From the NCBI RefSeq assembly GCF_009834535.1, contig NC_045707.1:57972001-58036000 (forward strand): DNA of 64,000 bases. Direction: 5' to 3'. A program made the position numbers and the translations under genes. This DNA comes from Camelus ferus (taxonomy: Eukaryota). The notes below the pieces were generated by a model. The model searched no databases. It was not told where the DNA came from and saw only the letters and a list, made by a program, of their open reading frames with translations. Positions 39,829 through 52,015 of this stretch are shown here, piece after piece (the first letter of the stretch is position 1; the number at the start of each line of letters is the position of its first letter).

Positions 39829-40178
39829 CAAGGACCTACTGTAAGCACAGGGAACTATATTTAATTTCTTATAATGTAGAGTGGGAGGGTCTAGCTCAAT
39901 AGTAGAGTACATGCTTAGCATGCACCTGGTCCTGGGTTCATTCCCCAGTACCTCCATTAAATAAACAAATAAATTAATTAATTAACCTAATTACCCCCTC
40001 AAAATAATTTATTGTGATGAGCTGTAATTAAAAAGAATCTGAAAAAAATATATATGCATGTATATGTATAACTGAATCGCTTTGCTGTACACCTGAAACT
40101 AACATTGTAAATAGACTACACTTCAATAAAAAATTAGATTTTTTTTTAAAAAAACCTTTCCCCCCCCCAAAAAAAGAT
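39829..40178 (+). mobile_element. Young L1 3' end containing a nested SINE
   Basis: 'caaggacctactgtaagcacagggaac', 'actgaatcgctttgctgtacacctgaaac'; TSD gtcattgcttttaaa at 39814-39828 and 40179-40193. Confidence 0.9.
39881..40004 (+). mobile_element. tRNA-derived SINE, Vic-1-like (camelid)
   Basis: 'gggagggtctagctcaatagtagagtacatgcttagcatgcacctggtcctgggttcattccccagtacctcc': A-box, B-box-like 'ggttcattcc' and AT-rich tail 'aacctaattacccc'. Confidence 0.85.
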
Positions 40179-40308
40179 GTCATTGCTTTTAAAGAAACTT
40201 TAAAATTATTCTAGGCCTCCTTCTGGTCTTTTCTCATTGGCAATGATTACTATACCTCATTTTCAATTCATGCTAGTTTAAAGCCTTCTAGGCTTAGGGA
40301 TTTAAAAA

Positions 40309-40331
40309 GATAGATAGATAGATAGATAGAT
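40309..40331. repeat. (GATA)n microsatellite
   Basis: Directly visible. Confidence 0.9.
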
Positions 40332-40729
40332 AACAACCTGTCTAGTGTTTGGACTATCTTCTTAGCCTTGGCTGCTGAAATTTGCCATGGATTTAAGTTA
40401 GTAGCTAAATTTCAATTCTATGCACTCTTCTAGTTTTGTTATAATTATGAACTTTGTGTGTTTCGCTTGATTTGGTTTGATTTCATTTTTCCATACTTCC
40501 TGTTCGCATATGACTTTCTCCCAGCAGGCGGCAGTTTAGGCAGTTTGGAACAAAGAATAACAAAACTATCAACATTTTTCACTTTTGAATTTCTAGGACC
40601 TGAGCTACATAACTTCAAAAGTAGCTAAATAAAGAGCTCAGGGCATAAATATATGCTATAAATACTATCTTTGTGAGATCATGTTATCAGTTAGAGGCAG
40701 TGTTTACGGCTCTCTTTGAAAATCAGCTC

Positions 40730-42050
40730 TAAGAAAGATAATGACTCCAAGATGGAAGAGAAGGATGTGGATTCTGGGATTCTCTACAGGAGTCCTGTGT
40801 TCTGACTTTTCCCATAGACCAAATCCAGGACTGGGGCAGGAGAGTGGGGAGATGGAGAATGGGACAGATTTGGCATTCCCTTTCTCAGAAGATACACAAG
40901 AAAAGGGGGAGATGCTGAGATTCCAGAGCTCAGTAAAGTGCAGGACCTGTAGAGTAGTACCAGAGAAAGGCTGACAACTCATAGGGATCTGATAGCCTAC
41001 AGAGGGGACAACTAGCAACCAGAGGTTTCTCCTTCTATGAGACTACGAGCAAGAGCAGCAGCAACCTGCAAGGACTGATGAACAGGACCAGATAATGTCC
41101 ATCTCAGCAGCTTTCCTAGGTGAATTGGTCAAAACAATCCAGGCAAGACGTAAAATCTCCACACTACTCCACTGATACTGTGTAAAGTGTGCTGGGAATT
41201 GGTCACAAGCTTGGGGAAAGGGATGGTGAAACCCTGAACTGACTGAGGTGATGCTTCAGCCACTCTGTGTACTAGCGCTTAAAATGGATGCTAATTTCAA
41301 TCACAGAAAAATTATACAAGTTATGTGTTTTTTTTGAAGATTATTCCTATTTGGCTTTTATTTTATTTTATTGAAGTATAGTTGGTTTACAATGTTGTGT
41401 TAATTTCTGGTGTACAGCATAGTGATTCAGTTATGCATATATATATATATATTCCTTTCCATATTCTTTTTCCTTGTAGGCTATTACAAGATACTATATA
41501 TAGTTCCCTGTGCTATATGGTAAGACCTTGTTGTTTATCTATTTCATATATAGTAGTTAGTATCTACAAGTCCTGAACTCCCAATTTATCCCCCTACCTC
41601 CTTTCCCCCTGGTAACCATAAGTTTCTTTTCTATATCTATGAGTCTGTTTCTATTTTATAAATAAGTTTATTTGTGTCATTTTTTTAGATTCCACATATA
41701 AGTGATATCATATGGTTTTTTTCTTTCTCTTTCTGGCTCACTTAGTATGACAATCTCTAGGTCCATCCATATTGCTGCAAATGGTATTATTTCATTCTTT
41801 TTATGGATGAGTAGTATTCCATTGTGTATGTACTCCACAATTTCTTTATCCAATCATCTGTCAGTGGACATTTACGTTGCTTCCATGTACAAGTTATGTT
41901 TCTTACATGTATGTGTTTGTGAGTTGATACCACCACCCTGCTATAACTCAGCTTTTCATTTCATGCCTTTATGAGCTGTGATTACTTTGGGGCACTATTC
42001 CTTCCACCCAGCTCTTGGATTTAACCAGCATCCAATGCTTTACCACAGTT
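40730..42050. mobile_element. Possible ancient LTR (Gypsy-like) interrupted by the L1 at 41327
   Basis: GC-richer block including 'gaaaccctgaactgactgag'; family assignment weak. Confidence 0.3.
41327..41887 (-). mobile_element. Young L1 3' end, antisense, with 3' transduction
   Basis: 'ttgaagtatagttggtttacaatgttgtgt..tctggtgtacagcatagtgattcag'; perfect 12-bp TSD tacaagttatgt at 41315-41326 and 41888-41899. Confidence 0.93.
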
Positions 42051-42699
42051 CCAAGAGAAGCCAATCAATACTTTCAGTCTTAATTCTTTGAGTGTTCCTG
42101 ATAATTTGGTATCCAAAAAAGGCTACCTATCTTGTACCAGCTTTAATATTAAGAATATGTTCTAAAGAAAAAAAAGAGAGAAATGAGCTTTTATTTAACT
42201 GCGAAACATCAAAAATATTTGCATATATCTGCATCTTGGAACTTTAGCCATTATTTGCATTTAAAGGTATAAGAAGGAATATATACAGAGAGTAAGAAAA
42301 TTTTCTGTGATGACAAAGGTCAGAACTTTCTAAAAAATTGAAGATTTTTGTTTTTGTTTTTTAAGATTTATGTTTTTGTAGATGTGTGGTACACCGAGAC
42401 AAGAGATATGCCAGTTAAGGCAGCATTCTGGAAAAGGTTAGCTCAACTTACTACATATAAGGTAGAATCAGAGCATGGGCATGCCTAGAGCAGGCCTGGG
42501 GGGATTAAGATGGCCTTGTTCAAAGCTGTGAGGGCAGGCTGGGTTACCAAAAGTCAGTGGATTATCTAAAATTGGAATTAAGATCAAACACACACACTAA
42601 ATCCATGCTTCTAATCCACACACCAATATAGGGGCCAACAGTGTGGTCCTACAAGAAGACAGGTTGACACAACCAGGAACTAAGAAAGAAATCATGCCA

Positions 42700-42855
42700 G
42701 TCAGACTGGATTAGGGCCCACTCTAAAGGCCCCATTTATTTTAATCATCTCTATAAAAGTCCCAACTCCAAATACAGTCACACTCTCAAGTACTGGAGGT
42801 GAGGGCTTCCACATATGAATTTGGTGGGGGGAAGGGACACAATTCAGCCTATAAT
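42700..42855 (-). mobile_element. MLT1A-C-type LTR fragment
   Basis: 'ggattagggcccac..ctccaaatacagtcacact..catatgaatttgg..ggacacaattcagcctataa'. Confidence 0.85.
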
Positions 42856-45229
42856 ACTCGCCTTCTCTAAAATTAGACTAACAGCAATAACAAAAACAAA
42901 AGGAAAAAAGCATAGTCTGTTAAGAAAAAGATTTTTCTAAGGTTGATAAAGTATTTTAAGAAGCTGAACTGAATCTTTTGGATTAATGGTCTCCTATAGA
43001 AGACACAGAAACATTTTATTACATTATTTGACCTACAGAAGTCTGTGCAGAGGCTGAAGAATCCTTAGAACCACAGAATGCTTTCTATCTTGCAAACATC
43101 TGTATCATTTAATATTATGCTTACTTTTAATATCGTACATTATGGAATCCAGTACATGCTTATAATAGAAACTCCCCTTAGCTCTCTTTTGTCTTTCAGT
43201 CTGTTCTCTTATTCTTTCATTCATGTTTGTCCTGGGTCCCAATTCCCAGGAGTGGGGACAACTTTTTCTAAAACATATGCACTCTCCTTAGGTACTAATA
43301 AAGGTTGATTGATAGAAAATGTACTCTTTATTATTCCCTGCCTGCTCATCCATTTATGATTTCTTCAAGGCCAAATTCTTGTCAGTGACCTCCCTCCAGG
43401 GGAGGTTGGCCCCAGGGAGAGGTTCCATGTCTCCAAAGAGGTCATAACCAGACCCTGGCACCCACATTCACTTTTCTACACTTTAGAACAATGTACTGGT
43501 GCCCTGTGGCACCAGTATAGTCAAATCTTTGTTAGAAGACAGATTCATTCTGTGTGAAACCATTCACTGGAGATTAACATTTCACTCCTTTTTTCCCTCA
43601 AAAACTTTTCTTTCATTGCTTCTAATAGAAAAGCAGCTAATTATTTTTAAAATTCTTAATGCCTCACTCTGTGTTTCATGCTATTAAATGACTATAATTT
43701 CTATCAGAAAACATACTAATATTGAAGAAAAAGTCAATTCATATACTAAATGCAAAATTGTTTAAAATACAAATAAATAAAAGATATACCAGGCATCCAA
43801 CTTTCTATCCAGTGGATGGAAATTTAACTCTGTAATTCTCTGTAGTCCGTGCATTTCTAATAAACCACTTGATAAGCTTAACCCATGCTTCAGAAAAGTG
43901 GACTATGGTGGGGGGGGTGTCTCATATTAATAAATTTGGGCATTGTCAACACTGCTGCAAAGGAATGATACTGTACATATTTAAGGCTAGTATCCAAATA
44001 TTCTGGAAAGCTGAACTACATAAATATAGAACAGCCTCACACTTTACACCAGTCACTACATAGTTGGGAAACTATGCATCAGTTAAACAAAGAAATTAAA
44101 CACATAAGGCCTGCTACATTTAAATATTTAAGTGCCATATTTTAAACAAATCATATTATTGTAGGCCAGAGAATTTCCAAGGGAAAAAGTAAAGAGTAAA
44201 TCTTTTATAGAACACCTTTTTCCTCTTGAGATTTTGTACTTCGCACAATAATGCTTTTCATTTCTGTACTTTCTCCGAATGTTTTCAACTTCTTAGAGGC
44301 TACATTGTTTTGTGAGAATAAACTGTAGGTTTTCCAAAGAGACTCTCTCTCCCACTCAGCTGCCCTGAGGGAGTTTGAGCCTCTGCACACAACTTATTTT
44401 CATTTCCCTTACCCCAAAAATGATCAAATAAGGACAGTTTCCCCACCAACATTTCCAGGGCAAGAGGCTCTGACAAGGGCAAACTTTATCACCACAAACA
44501 TCTCTTCTCTTTCCTGCTCTGGCATGTCCAAATAAAAAGATTATTTAACACACACCAACTGTGTTAGAATCGGGACTTCAACAATTAAATGACAAAGATG
44601 CACATGGTATATATATAGTTTTAAGCCACTGGAAAGGGGATACCTTGAGCATCTCTGGAAATCTGCCACTAACAATTGGGAAAGCTCAGCAAATGCTACA
44701 GAATCAGTCTGATCTCTTTTCAGAATCTGATGGTTCTTACCACCAAAATAGACATTTGTTGGCTGCACAATTCTCAGCATCCTGGTTCAAATAAGGATAC
44801 TGCATATTACATATTCTTTACTATTTTGGAGTTGCCATGGCAGAGAAGAGAAAAGATATTTTTGTTGATGGAATGTCTCTTAACAGAGCTCCTTATTTTG
44901 GCCTTCATGACTTTCTGACGCAGTTTTCAGATCTACTTTAAATACTTCCACGACTTTCTTTTTCTTTTTTAATTATTCGAAACAACAGGCTAGCATCCCA
45001 GAAAGAGTAGAAGATACAGTCCTAAACGTGCAAACAGGCAGATGATTAGGATTTAAAGATACGGGTTCAGATAAAAAGAATGGATAATCTGTCAGAATTT
45101 TAATGAGCTCTTTTAGTTTTCAGTCCAAACTCCTCTGGTCTTCTCTCAGCCACCCTTTCTTGCTTTCTTTCCATTAACTTTTGTCTTCTAGTGACTCATT
45201 GCTGCCTTAGCATTTTAAAACAGAATTAC

Positions 45230-45995
45230 TGTATCAGATTGGACAAGGTGATGCTGTAATTTGAAAGAGAGTCTTAGTGGCTTAAAATAACCAGCGTTCT
45301 TTTTTTTTTTTTCCACACACCGGATATCTTTCATGGATCATCTGGGGGCTTGGCTCCATGTTTTCCTCCCCTTGGGAATTTACAGAGTAGATTTGATGGA
45401 GTAGCCTCCATCTAGAACAGGGGCCAATAAAGTATGGCCTCTAGACCAGATCTCGCCTGCTGCCTGATTTTGTTTGACCCAGGAGCTAAGAATAGTTTTT
45501 ACATTTTTAAGAGTTGAAATCTTTTTTTTAAAGCATAATATTTTCTGGCATATGAAAATTATGTGAAATTTACATTTCAGTGTCCATCAATGAAGTGTTA
45601 CTGGGACATAGCCATACTCATTCATTTATGTATTGCCTATGGTTGTTTTCACACTACAGCAACAGAGTTGAGTAGTTGCAACAAAGACCATATGGCCCAC
45701 AAACCCTAAAATATTTATTATCTAGTCCTTTACAGAAAAATTTTACCAAATCTTGAACTAGGGCATGGCTGCTCCCCATGGCAGAGAGTACTAAAGAAAG
45801 AATGGCAAATCAGGCATGGACTCTTAGGGCTTCCACCCAGAAGTGCCACACAGACTTCTGCTCACTTCTCATTGTTTAAAACAAATCACAGGTGTACAAT
45901 GAATTCCAGCAAAGGAGTAAAGAAGTGGAATTCTACTCTCTGCCCAGGAGAACAAGCAAAAATAGTTTGATGATCAGTACTGATAACTATCACAG
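45230..45995 (-). mobile_element. MLT1-type LTR interrupted by MER58B
   Basis: 'tgtatcag..gatgctgtaa..ttagtggcttaaaataac' and 'gacttctgctcacttctcattg..gataactatcaca'. Confidence 0.65.
45418..45755 (+). mobile_element. MER58B hAT-Charlie MITE
   Basis: 'caggggccaataaagtatggcc..gagctaagaatagtttttacattttt..ccctaaaatatttattatctagtcctttacagaaaaa'; ctag-containing flanks. Confidence 0.9.
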
Positions 45996-46074
45996 TTAAG
46001 AAAAAAATTAATTAGAAAATAATTAGTTACATGGTAAACAGATTCTCTATTTTATAAATTATCTACTGGTTGTC

Positions 46075-49000
46075 CTAGAAAAGATGGCAAATTAACAAGA
46101 ACTTCTAGCTACCTCTCCTGAAACCAAACTCTGAAGATGCCATGGAAACAAGATGGAGGTTGAGGAATCTCAGAACTTTGCACCAGAAGTATGGAAAGAA
46201 GCTCTTAGGGATAGAGGTCAAGGCCTGGTATAACTGGGAGAAGGGGACTGGGGATAAGACAGCAACCAAGTACAGAAGACTGAGATGCAACAACAGGGAA
46301 AAGACTGGTGAAGAGCTTTCTGATGGTGCCCATTTGTTTCCACAACACTACCCTAAAATGTCATTGCCCATTTCCTTGCCAGAGGTAAACAGATCCAAAC
46401 CAGAACCAACAGAATTGGGGAGAACATTATCAGGATAGCAACAGGAGCTCAGCTGGAGTTAGAATGAAAAGCTACAAGTACAGGCAGACTGGACTCCACC
46501 CTGGGCATTCCCTTCCCTCATTTCTTCACTCTTTTTCCTACCCTTTATCCCTACCTGTCAAAGTTTATAATTATAGCTAAGGAAGGCAGCTCCTTAAAAA
46601 GATCTACATGCCCAGGGAAGAGTCACTGGAATGGAACACCTGATGGGAGAAAGTGAGGGCAAAAGGACCACATGAGTGAAAGCGGTCCAGCCCAGAGGTT
46701 CTCTGCTCTGGGGATCATCTCTCCTCCCCTACTTGGAGGACTATAATCGAGGCCTTTAAAAATTAAACAAGAGAAGAGAAATAGATACAAACAACTTCAA
46801 ACACAAAAGAGGCTGAAAAAATATTGTAAATAACTACATGCCAATAAATATAAAACCAGATGAAATTTAAAAATTTAATTTTAAACTAAAATGCAAATAG
46901 AAAGCTTGAATAAATTAATATCTTTAAATACACTGAAATATTAATCAAAGACCTTTCCAAAAACAACCCAAAAAAGCCCCATGTGCAAATAATTTTATGT
47001 GTGTATGCTCCCCCAAATTTCATATAAGAAATAATCTATTTCTTATACAAATTAGTCCAAAAAAATTTTAAAACCTCATTTTATTATTCCAAATCCAAAT
47101 AAGAAAAGAATGCTAAAAATAATAATTTAAGCAGACTTTTTAAAAAGCATTTGATAAATATAACACATATGCAGGAAAAGCTAAGAACACTGGAAGTAGG
47201 ACTTCATTAATCTGATGAAGGCTATCTACAAAATAACTAAAGCAAATATTACAATTAATGGTGAAAATTTAGATGCTTTTCCTTAGGATCCAGAACAAGA
47301 CAAGGAATAGTGCTATCACTGCTACGATTCAATATAGTGCTAGAGGTTCTATCAACAAAATAAGATAAAAATAAATAAGTAAAATAGGGATTATAAAATA
47401 AGAAAGAGATTGTTAGAATGGGTAAAAAAACAACAATTCTGTGCTTCTTACAAAAGACAACTGAATATAAATACACAGACTGGATGAAAGTAATTGGATG
47501 GAAAAAGATACAGTTTATAAATATCAAGAAGGCTAGAGACTTAGCAATTATCTGTTTAAATAGACTTTAAGACAAAGACCATTACCAGAGACAGACACAT
47601 TTTATAATAAATAAATGCTCAATCATCAGGAATACATAATCCTAAACATACCTGAACCTAATAATTGAGCTCCTAAAATCATGAAACAAAAGTTGATCAA
47701 ATTAAGTGGAAACAGAAACAAAGCCACCATTGGAGATTTTAACATCCTCGCTCAGCAACTGGTAGACCAGTTAGACAAACTCAATAAAAACACAGGAGAA
47801 TTAAACAATAGTATCAACTTGCTTGGCCTAAAGATATTTATACAATAGTATACCCAACAAGAGCAGAAAACACATTCTTTTCAGGTACACATGGAACACT
47901 GACCAAAACAGAGCATATTCTGGGCTCTGAAAGAAGTGTTAATAAATTTCAAATAAATTTAAGGTATTGGAATCCTAAACAGAGTTTGGACCATAGTGGA
48001 AATAATTTAGGGGTCAGGCTACCACCATATGTGCCTATGGGGCAATCTTAATAACATTAAAATAAGGCAACCCAGCATTATATGTCACCTATGCAATGCA
48101 ATGAGAAATAATATATGTGTAGAAAATATACAGAATTACCCATGATATATTCTTGCCAAAATAACCTGATCCTAATTCTAAGTTTCTACATCTAAATTCC
48201 AGCTTACAGGAAATACCTCAGACAGAGAAACAAGTTAAATGACATCTAGGAAGAAACATGCCAAATACAGAATTCCTCAGAACACTTGACCAGTTTCTTC
48301 AACAAGCCAGTGGCATGGTAAAATAAAGAAGAAAAGACTGTTCTACTGTAGAAACTATCTAGAAGACATAGCAACCAAATACAGTGAGAGTCCTTTGCTT
48401 GGATACTAATCAAGTCATCTACAAAAAAACGTTTTTAGGTAATTGGGGAAATCTGAATATGAACAGGATATTAGATCATAATTTTAAAAATTATAATTAC
48501 ACAAGATGTGATTATGGCATTGTGGTAATGTAAGAAAATGCTTACCCCTTTTTTTGAGATGCAAATTGATATATTTAGGGGTAGGAATGACATGACTCTG
48601 GGATTTGCTTTGAAATATTCAGTAAAAATAATTGGACGATAGATGAGGCAAATATGTCAAAATATTGGTGTTTGTTAAAGTTAAGTGATGGATAACTTTT
48701 CATAATAAAAAATTTTTTAAAGAAGACACAAAGGCCTAGTATCATTAAAGCACCAACCTCTGCAAATTGGATTATAAAGTCAAAGCTATTATGATCAAAA
48801 TTCCAAATGGATTCTGATATTGTTTGACAAAATCCCTCTGAAATTTATATAGAAGCTCAAAGTGTCACATAGAACTAAGACAGTTCTGAAAAAGAATAAC
48901 ATCAGAGAGATCGGAGTACCAAATTCAGCTTTTTATCTCACATCTCCAGAACCAGTGACAGAAGAACAATTTATTGTGATGTTGTGGTAATAAAGACAGT

Positions 49001-49260
49001 GAGTCATTGGCATAGGAAAAGACAAATACACTAAATGAGTCAAAGGACTAGAATCAACTCCACATAAAAATGGATCCTTAATTTTTGGCAGAGTGGACTT
49101 TACAGAAGGGTGTGAAAGGGTGAACTATTCAATAAATGTCACTAGGAAAATTGGTAATCTAGTTAAACACAAAATCAAATCAAATGCAGGTAGATTAAAA
49201 ATTTAAAGGTGGAAGACAAAACTATGAAACTCTGAGTCATATGTAATAGTGAGGTTACAA
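46075..49260 (+). mobile_element. Composite ancient L1 region: probable 5' UTR, ORF2 remnants, and a nested second L1M (EN region plus L1MC-like 3' UTR, about 47390-48720)
   Basis: YY1-like 'aagatggc' at 46081; 'gaacaagacaagg..tgctatcactgctacgattcaatatagt'; EN-region 'ttggagattttaacatcc', 'cacattcttttcaggtacacatggaac'. Confidence 0.7.
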
Positions 49261-49901
49261 ATAGATCATTTTTTGTTTACATAAGGTACACCCAGATATT
49301 TCCAAATTTCTGAAGAACTGACAGCATATCTCAGCAACTTTTCTCTTTCTAGAAAGAGATTTGAAGATGTGGTCTTCATCCTTGGGGCCATAGTGGGGAA
49401 TCCTCTAGTCAGTTCCTGAAGAGCAAGACATCTCACTTGGGAAAAAAAGCAGCCCAGTGTCCACAGTAGCAAATAATGGAAGAAATGCAAAATCTGATCT
49501 TAAGTTTTTTAACTATGTGATAATTATTGTGATTTTTATGTAGGAAAATTAAGGAACTCTCTGGTCTTTTCTTCTACCAATGTGAAAAAAAATATCTGTA
49601 ACTTTATACATTTAAATGACTCTGTTAAGAAAGAAATTGTCATCCATACTCTTCGCATGTGTTTTAAGTTTTCTGTTTAAGAGCTGCATGAACAGTGATC
49701 TGTGTTCATATTTTTTCAGGGTTCAATTTAAGTATCATTTCTTTATGTAGCTATTCCTTCTCTCCTTTCTCTGTCCTGCCACCATCTTTGCCAGGATTAA
49801 CATTACCACAATCATATTCTCAGTCTTTTCCTTTGTGACTAGTGGTTTTCATGTCTTCAGAAATCCTTCTCTATCCTCTGTCAGAAAGATGTTCTACTAT
49901 A

Positions 49902-50210
49902 TCGGCAGTCGACCAACTTTTTAGGTAAAGGGCCAAAGTAAACATTTGGGGCTTTACAGACCATACAGTCTCTGGCAACAGCTCAGCTCTGCCACTGTGA
50001 CATGAAACAGCCACAGACAACATGTAATGAATGGGCGTGACTGTGTTTCAATAAAGCTTTATTAATGGACACTAAAATTTGAATTGTATATAATTTTCAC
50101 ATGTCACAAAATATTATTCTTTTCGGTTTCTTTCAACCATGTAAAAAAAGAAAAAGTCATTCTTAGCACGTGGACCACACAAAATCAAGTGGTAGGCTTG
50201 ATTTGGGGTA
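49902..50210 (-). mobile_element. MER58B hAT MITE
   Basis: Reverse-complement match to the 45418-45755 element. Confidence 0.88.
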
Positions 50211-50559
50211 AGCCTTAGAATTTAAAGGATTGACCATAAAGTTTTATGCAAGGAAGAAAAAGAAGTCATCCTCCTCTTCAGACAGGGAAATTATGGGAAG
50301 AAGTAGAGAGGAGAAGAGGATAGGGAAATGGATAGTGTGTTTCTCAATTTTCCCCTCTCCGAACTTTGCTCAGTGAGTGAAGAGGTGTCATTAAGTAAAT
50401 GATGTGGGCAGGGGGGTTTTGCTTCAGCTCTCCAATGAGACGTCATAAAACAACGCCTCTAGCTTCCCTCACATCAACGGGGCCCACCTGAACCATTCTG
50501 GTAGTACACAATGGTCAGAAGAAGGTTTAGGACTCCTGGGCCAGCCTCACTTCTCCTTG

Positions 50560-51215
50560 GTAATAAATAGAATAAGTACCATGGAGAAAAATAACGAAGA
50601 GATAGTGGATAAGATGTAGTAAGAGGAGTGTCATTTTAAATAGGGTGTCAGGGAATTTTTCAATGGGAAAAGTTTGAGTAAAGGAAAAAAATATTCTAGG
50701 ATAAAAACAAGGGCTTCAGCTCTGAGGTGTTGGGCATGTTCAAGGTACAGCAAGTTGGCTACTGTACTGGGGCAGAGGGGTCAAAGGGAAAAAAGTAGGA
50801 GGGATGAGCTAAAGGAGATAATGGAGCTTAGGCTGTTGTATGGGGCCTTAAATCAGTGTAAAAACTTTGAATTTATTCTGTAAGAGATGGTAAGCCATGA
50901 GAGGTTTCTGTGCAGAGGAATAATACAATCTAACTTTTGTTTTTGCAGATCTCTCCAGCTGCTATACTGAGAATAGACTCTAAGTGCCGAGGACAAAACC
51001 CAGAAGATCATTTAGCAGGTTGTTTCAATAATCCAAGAGAGAGATGATGGTGACTTAGATCGGGGTGGTAGTGGAGGTGGTGAGAAGTATTTGAATTCTG
51101 CATCTGTGTTGGAGGCAGAAGCAATGGGACTTGTTGACAGAATAGATGTACAGTGTGAGGGAAAGACGGAAGTCAAGGATGAAGCCCAAGTTTTAAACTA
51201 AGAGCAGCTGAGTTT
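50560..51215 (-). mobile_element. L2 fragment
   Basis: 'ataatccaagagagagatgatggtgacttagat..ggtggtagtggaggtggtgagaag'. Confidence 0.8.
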
Positions 51216-51842
51216 TGGAATTATTATCCTAAGCATCCATTTTTGGATGCCATGTAGTGATTCCTTCAATGATCACTGAAGCAAATAGGATATATTCTTC
51301 TCACTGACTTACCCAGACACCTTTACATTTGGTGATGCCTCTTCTTCTGCTGTCTACTTTCTCTGCTCAGGGATTCTCCTCCAGGTAGACATCCTTCTTC
51401 TTAACTTCTAATCTGGGCCACTGTAAACACACAAAGGGCTAAAGTTTAACAGAGGACACTAGATAGCCTCATTTGTGAAATTTTTAAAATGGACTTTTAC
51501 AACTTTCTAAGATGGCAGGCTGTGTTTCAAGGGTTGATTAAGACCCTGGTTTAAAATAAAGTGTCTGTGCTCCCTGTTGTTACCTTTCCTCCCAATTTGG
51601 GAAATTTGTGTGGTTTGTTTGCTCTTTAGGGGTTTCTAATTTACTTCTGGTTTGATGAAAAATCCACCATGCTTCTGTATGTAAATATGTAGCTTAAACA
51701 GCTGATGTAATATGTATATTATATACATAGATATGTACATTAAATATATAACATAGCTCCCGTCTCCATCCTCTCGTCCCTATTTCCAACTCTTACTCCT
51801 CAAACATTGTATAAGTTAGGTGTGGTAAAATTTAACACCCGC

Positions 51843-52015
51843 CTGAGGTTTCTCAATGTTTCGTGGACCTAAGATCATTTGGAAAAGTATGATAAGATGC
51901 AGATCCCCGGATTTTACTCCTAGAGATTAAGATTGAGAAGATTTGTGGTAGACTCCAAATCCCCAGACGAATTTGCTACAAGTGGGCAAGAGAGCACAAC
52001 AGGAGAAACACAGAA
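51843..52015. mobile_element. MER5-like hAT MITE
   Basis: 'ggtttctcaa..aagatgcagatccccgg..ctagagatt..gagaaacac'. Confidence 0.55.

Noticed and set aside
39881..39960. tRNA gene
   Set aside because: It has an AT-rich SINE tail and TSD-like flanks, sits inside an L1, and lacks a convincing acceptor stem or terminator.
46142..46438. 98-aa ORF with a strong Kozak context (GCCATGG)
   Set aside because: No recognisable protein; it lies in what looks like an ancient L1 5' region leading into L1 ORF2 remnants.
49288..49430. Possible minus-strand exon
   Set aside because: The acceptor is plausible but the donor (G|gtgtac) is weak and the peptide is unrecognisable.
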